IMG/VR virus record: IMGVR_UViG_3300011439_000037
Span: 1 to 31,348 of that record
Source: a virus
Lineage: Duplodnaviria; Caudoviricetes
Reading direction: 5' to 3' (one strand)
DNA: 31,348 nt
This document shows positions 28,901 to 31,348 of this stretch, piece by piece; within the stretch, counting starts at the first letter, position 1; every line of letters begins with the position of its first letter. A program made the translations under genes and the position numbers. The notes beneath the pieces were generated by a model. The model did no database searches. It saw only the letters and a list, made by a program, of their open reading frames with translations, and was not told the origin of the DNA.

Positions 28901-29373
28901 ACCGAACAGCCTCACTTGACCAAACTGACCGCCTGGAAGGACTTCTTATGTATGCCTACGAAGCCCCTGAAAACAGAGATGAGTTTATCCAAGACCTCAT
29001 TCTTGGGAAACGTGCTGTGGGTGGAAAATCTATGTTCTCAACCACAATGTTTGATAGACTTTATGACGAAGGACTCATTTCCAAGGAAGAAAAAGCTCTC
29101 ATTGCAGCCGTCAAATATGACCCAGTGTTCAATAAATTTTACATGGATAGAGACTACAAGGGTGGTGGAAGCGGTGATGGTGGAGCCTCCAAAGTACGCT
29201 CTTATATCAGCTCTATAAATGCCCTCCACAAGAGCCCATTCAAGAAGAGTACCCAACCAAAGACATCTGATGTGCTGAAAAATACTGAACCACTTGAGGC
29301 TCCCAAGGTGAAATTTTCAAAGACACCAAAAGGGAGTGGAGGAACCAAAAACCAATGGTTTACGGCGTATTAA
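25918..29373 (+). CDS. Large putative internal virion/DNA ejection protein, 1151 aa
   Basis: Size and position; basic A/G/K-rich N-terminus; NRLSP...TGEDYRGRPI resembles motifs in large polyvalent/ejection proteins. Confidence 0.7.
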   Translation: MALALLQKVAEKAIQGVGMAAGSAWNYLSKNAPQAIDKALELNPQTRVFSQRGQGEVADLGRFLQKMPDTTIKAPESRAPQFIKNTPAALLFDNPATKLQDKATEFVSGIPGEFVRSWGRTTERVATPEGRQKIAQGAQALPGQVKKIATPGQRMEGLGELVENPAVEDALNATDLFTLGAGTALKAVGKEGVEQGVKQVVKKGVKTATKEVIEQGVESSGKTAAKTLFKEIAEKPGAVLKAVTDPKAQKAALNVVENSAPSIVDDAVKQTKTLFRKPVEIAQKWVNTREGFTNWRAADIKKTPGLTAFDKEGMEAIIELQAGKNPEKFKAIKDFTDGLFELEKKAGLLEPEQYRKNYITQLWDNSPEEIDEVFKAVVGKKPGFTKARLLEDYKTGIEAGLKPRYNTMSDLLESRFKTSQRALADKELIDDLITSGNGKTLDKAPPGWEAVDLTWENKPIAVPPEIAKIVKNYTATGSKMLENTAQFVSEAKQTILSAGIPRSGWNFHTGVNVPTRAMAARKNPLGAVVDSLIWNTNPKSAETYITKTVPKEITDGLLKAGLTISRSADDAGYGFKPKPGKGKISAARNTWDKLFSEVAFDKVLPAHKLKVAWETYENALKKGLSSDEAFRIAAETSNTVFGGVNPKALGREPDFQNALRTFLLAPDWLESNIKIAGKMGGLLHPKNWADPAYAPYKRFAVNAAGMYSSFAMLNKAMSGKFPWENGEGQEFNLATGTFDERGRERMVPVFGTAFDFARIPLQLVRAIGDGDPEQIGRVLRNRLSPPASAFTSLFITGEDYRGRPIDTPGEIAGQVAQAVGVPSQITNVIGGLTGEQTPEEVLAGVLEAPVRYRGGANTAEKRQTADLMKSGGSTNEDINKAFQSDYQDEGGGFFDKLLGGSSSGKGITVPKTPKEKKSFEKAVDTALENGAVDLSEDVIITRFFDGKTYDKSARSGQQDILDAALKVADDEYLTPEQKTKIVNSAKIDEVDLQYYRTASLDQTDRLEGLLMYAYEAPENRDEFIQDLILGKRAVGGKSMFSTTMFDRLYDEGLISKEEKALIAAVKYDPVFNKFYMDRDYKGGGSGDGGASKVRSYISSINALHKSPFKKSTQPKTSDVLKNTEPLEAPKVKFSKTPKGSGGTKNQWFTAY

Positions 29374-29374
29374 A

Positions 29375-29409
29375 TTACAATCTCTTTGAAGAACGGGTAG
29401 AATAAAAGT
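29375..29409 (+). promoter_or_regulatory. Class III promoter TTACAA-17-TAGAAT-6-ATG
   Basis: Fills almost the whole 36-nt intergenic gap; no SD. Confidence 0.78.
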
Positions 29410-30426
29410 ATGACCAATTTAGCGAACGACAAATATCGAGCAACTCTGCGTTCCACCTTCGTGGACGGGGTTGATACCACACTCAACGTCACAGCAATTC
29501 CAACGAATTTGCCGACTTTGGTTACTGTAGGCTGGAACACTCAATACGAGACAGTTTTTGCCATTACAGGCACCTCTGGTTCCAACTCTTCAAACTACGC
29601 TCTTACAGGACTCACCAAAATCAAGGGATATGAGGGCAATTTGCCTGAAAACTTGGCGGTCAACTGTTTGAACCATGAAGAGTTTTTTAACCAGTTTGCC
29701 AGTGTGGTAAATGACTCGTATATTCGCCTCGATGACCTCTCTGCTGATGTGGACACCCCAAGTGCCGACAAAGCTATTTTCTACATGAAGAATGGCTCTC
29801 CTTACGTCATCAATGATGCGGGAACAGTCACTCAAATTGGGTTCAAATCTGATGAATGGATTGATGTTGCTGATGCTGCAACCATGACCATTGACCTCTC
29901 TGAAACCATCAAAAAGCTCAAATATAAACTCGGAGCTCTTGCTGGTAACCGCACCCTTGCGTTGACCAACATTGCTGAGGGACTCATGTTCTTTGTCAGA
30001 ATTATGCAGGACTCTACTGGCTCTCGAACTGTTACCTGGTTCCCAGTCGTTTCTGAAACGGTGACAATGACGATTGCCACTCCAGGTGTTGTGACTACCA
30101 GTAAAGACCTCAAAACAGGCACTCCAGTCAAATTTACGACCACTGGGGCTCTTCCAACTGGCATCACTGCTGGTACGAAGTATTACTGGATTAGAACCTC
30201 TGCCACGACTGGAAATGTTGCCACCTCAAAAGCAAACGCTCTTGCAGGAACGGCTATTACTACTTCTGGCTCACAGTCAGGAACTCATACTATGGCGGTA
30301 CAAATTATCTGGGCGGAAGATGTGGAACCACCACTAAGCACAGACAAACTTGCATACGATGATTTCATGTTCATCGTGCATGACGAAAATACCATTACGG
30401 GAGTGACAGTAGCCCAAAACATGTAA
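29410..30426 (+). CDS. Tail fibre / tail-associated protein
   Basis: Thr-rich beta protein; LAGNRTL...IMQDSTGSRTVTW...W....PPLST...DDF pattern seen in phage fibre ends. Confidence 0.7.
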   Translation: MTNLANDKYRATLRSTFVDGVDTTLNVTAIPTNLPTLVTVGWNTQYETVFAITGTSGSNSSNYALTGLTKIKGYEGNLPENLAVNCLNHEEFFNQFASVVNDSYIRLDDLSADVDTPSADKAIFYMKNGSPYVINDAGTVTQIGFKSDEWIDVADAATMTIDLSETIKKLKYKLGALAGNRTLALTNIAEGLMFFVRIMQDSTGSRTVTWFPVVSETVTMTIATPGVVTTSKDLKTGTPVKFTTTGALPTGITAGTKYYWIRTSATTGNVATSKANALAGTAITTSGSQSGTHTMAVQIIWAEDVEPPLSTDKLAYDDFMFIVHDENTITGVTVAQNM

Positions 30427-30436
30427 AGTATGAACT

Positions 30437-31348
30437 ATGGCAACACAACGACTATTTCGCTCAGACGACACATCCAAATGGACGTACAAGTACGGGACTC
30501 GGGCACAGGGGAATAAAACCTTCGGTTCCGAAACACTCGACTCAGGCGACCATTTCTACAACGGTGCTTTCACTGGTACTGAGGGTGCTCTTGTTGGTGC
30601 TTCAACCAACATCTCTGATGGTACCTATAACCTCCCCTGTATGATTATCCAGACCAAAGGTACTGGGTCAAACGTCAATCCTAACTACGAACTAAATGTT
30701 CTCGTTTCTGTTGCCTCAAATGTCCCGACTTTCAAATATCCACTCACAAAGACCTGGAACACTGGTGCTCAAATCGTCACTTCTGGTAACTGGGGTGATG
30801 TCACAATCCCCAACGCTGCTTCGGTAACAGTCACTCAATACAACTCAACTAATGGCTACGGTGGTGTTTTTTTCCTTCTTGGAAAAGGTCGCTTCACCCA
30901 GGTTGGTACAGGAAATGTTGACCTTCGAGCAAAAGGCTTTGAACGGGGTGGTTGGCATGGAAACACCTCTGACTCTGACTACGGTGGAAACGGTGGATAT
31001 GGTCAGGCAGGACAATCTGGAAAAGGTGGCTATTCAGGCTCAACAATCAATGGAAATGCTCCCTCTGGTGGAGGTCGTGACGAAGGTGGAACTGGAAGAA
31101 CTGGTGATACCAACTACACGGGCGGAGGCGGAGGCGGAGGCGGAAGCCAAGCTCAGGGTGACGAGTCTGCTGGTGGCGGTGGAGGCGGAGGTCACAAGTG
31201 GGGTGGAGGTGGTGGAGGCTCTGGAACTGACGGTCAATCAGGTGGTGTCGGAGGAGCTTCAAATGCTGTCGGTGGTGGACAAGGCGGAACTGGTACCAAC
31301 GGTGCTGGGTCTGCTTCTGGGTCGGCTGCTGCAAACGTGTCGGGAACT
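30437..31348 (+). CDS. Glycine-rich tail/adhesin-like protein, partial (MATQRLFRSDDTSKW...)
   Basis: Hand-translated 304 codons open to the right edge; polyglycine runs GGGGGGGG, AGGGGGGG, WGGGGGG. Confidence 0.8.
   Translation, partial: MATQRLFRSDDTSKWTYKYGTRAQGNKTFGSETLDSGDHFYNGAFTGTEGALVGASTNISDGTYNLPCMIIQTKGTGSNVNPNYELNVLVSVASNVPTFKYPLTKTWNTGAQIVTSGNWGDVTIPNAASVTVTQYNSTNGYGGVFFLLGKGRFTQVGTGNVDLRAKGFERGGWHGNTSDSDYGGNGGYGQAGQSGKGGYSGSTINGNAPSGGGRDEGGTGRTGDTNYTGGGGGGGGSQAQGDESAGGGGGGGHKWGGGGGGSGTDGQSGGVGGASNAVGGGQGGTGTNGAGSASGSAAANVSGT

Overview
The window is part of a tailed dsDNA phage or prophage genome in the standard genetic code, with podovirus-like (P22/SU10-type) morphogenesis genes. 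In order these are large terminase, portal, collagen-like fibre, scaffold, major capsid, adaptor, nozzle, putative ejection proteins and tail fibres. A CPR/Patescibacteria-like host is a weak guess from two accessory genes. Two systems stand out. (1) A glycosylation toolkit is spread over three operons around the head genes: six glycosyltransferase genes (seven GT domains, one an exostosin-like fusion), a GDP-mannose 3,5-epimerase-like enzyme and a SAM methyltransferase. It sits beside an almost proline-free Gly-X-Thr collagen fibre that is a plausible acceptor. (2) The expression architecture is unusually regular. About 11 start codons sit exactly 6 nt after a -10 hexamer, implying leaderless mRNAs. 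Promoters fall into three classes: TTGACA; TTGCAT with an ACCGCAGA spacer box, heading every glycosylation operon; and TTACAW, heading structural genes. The phage also encodes a stand-alone sigma-region-4-like protein and a variant initiator tRNA-fMet whose 3' end abuts the ATG of the next gene. All calls come from reading motifs by eye; no database searches were run.
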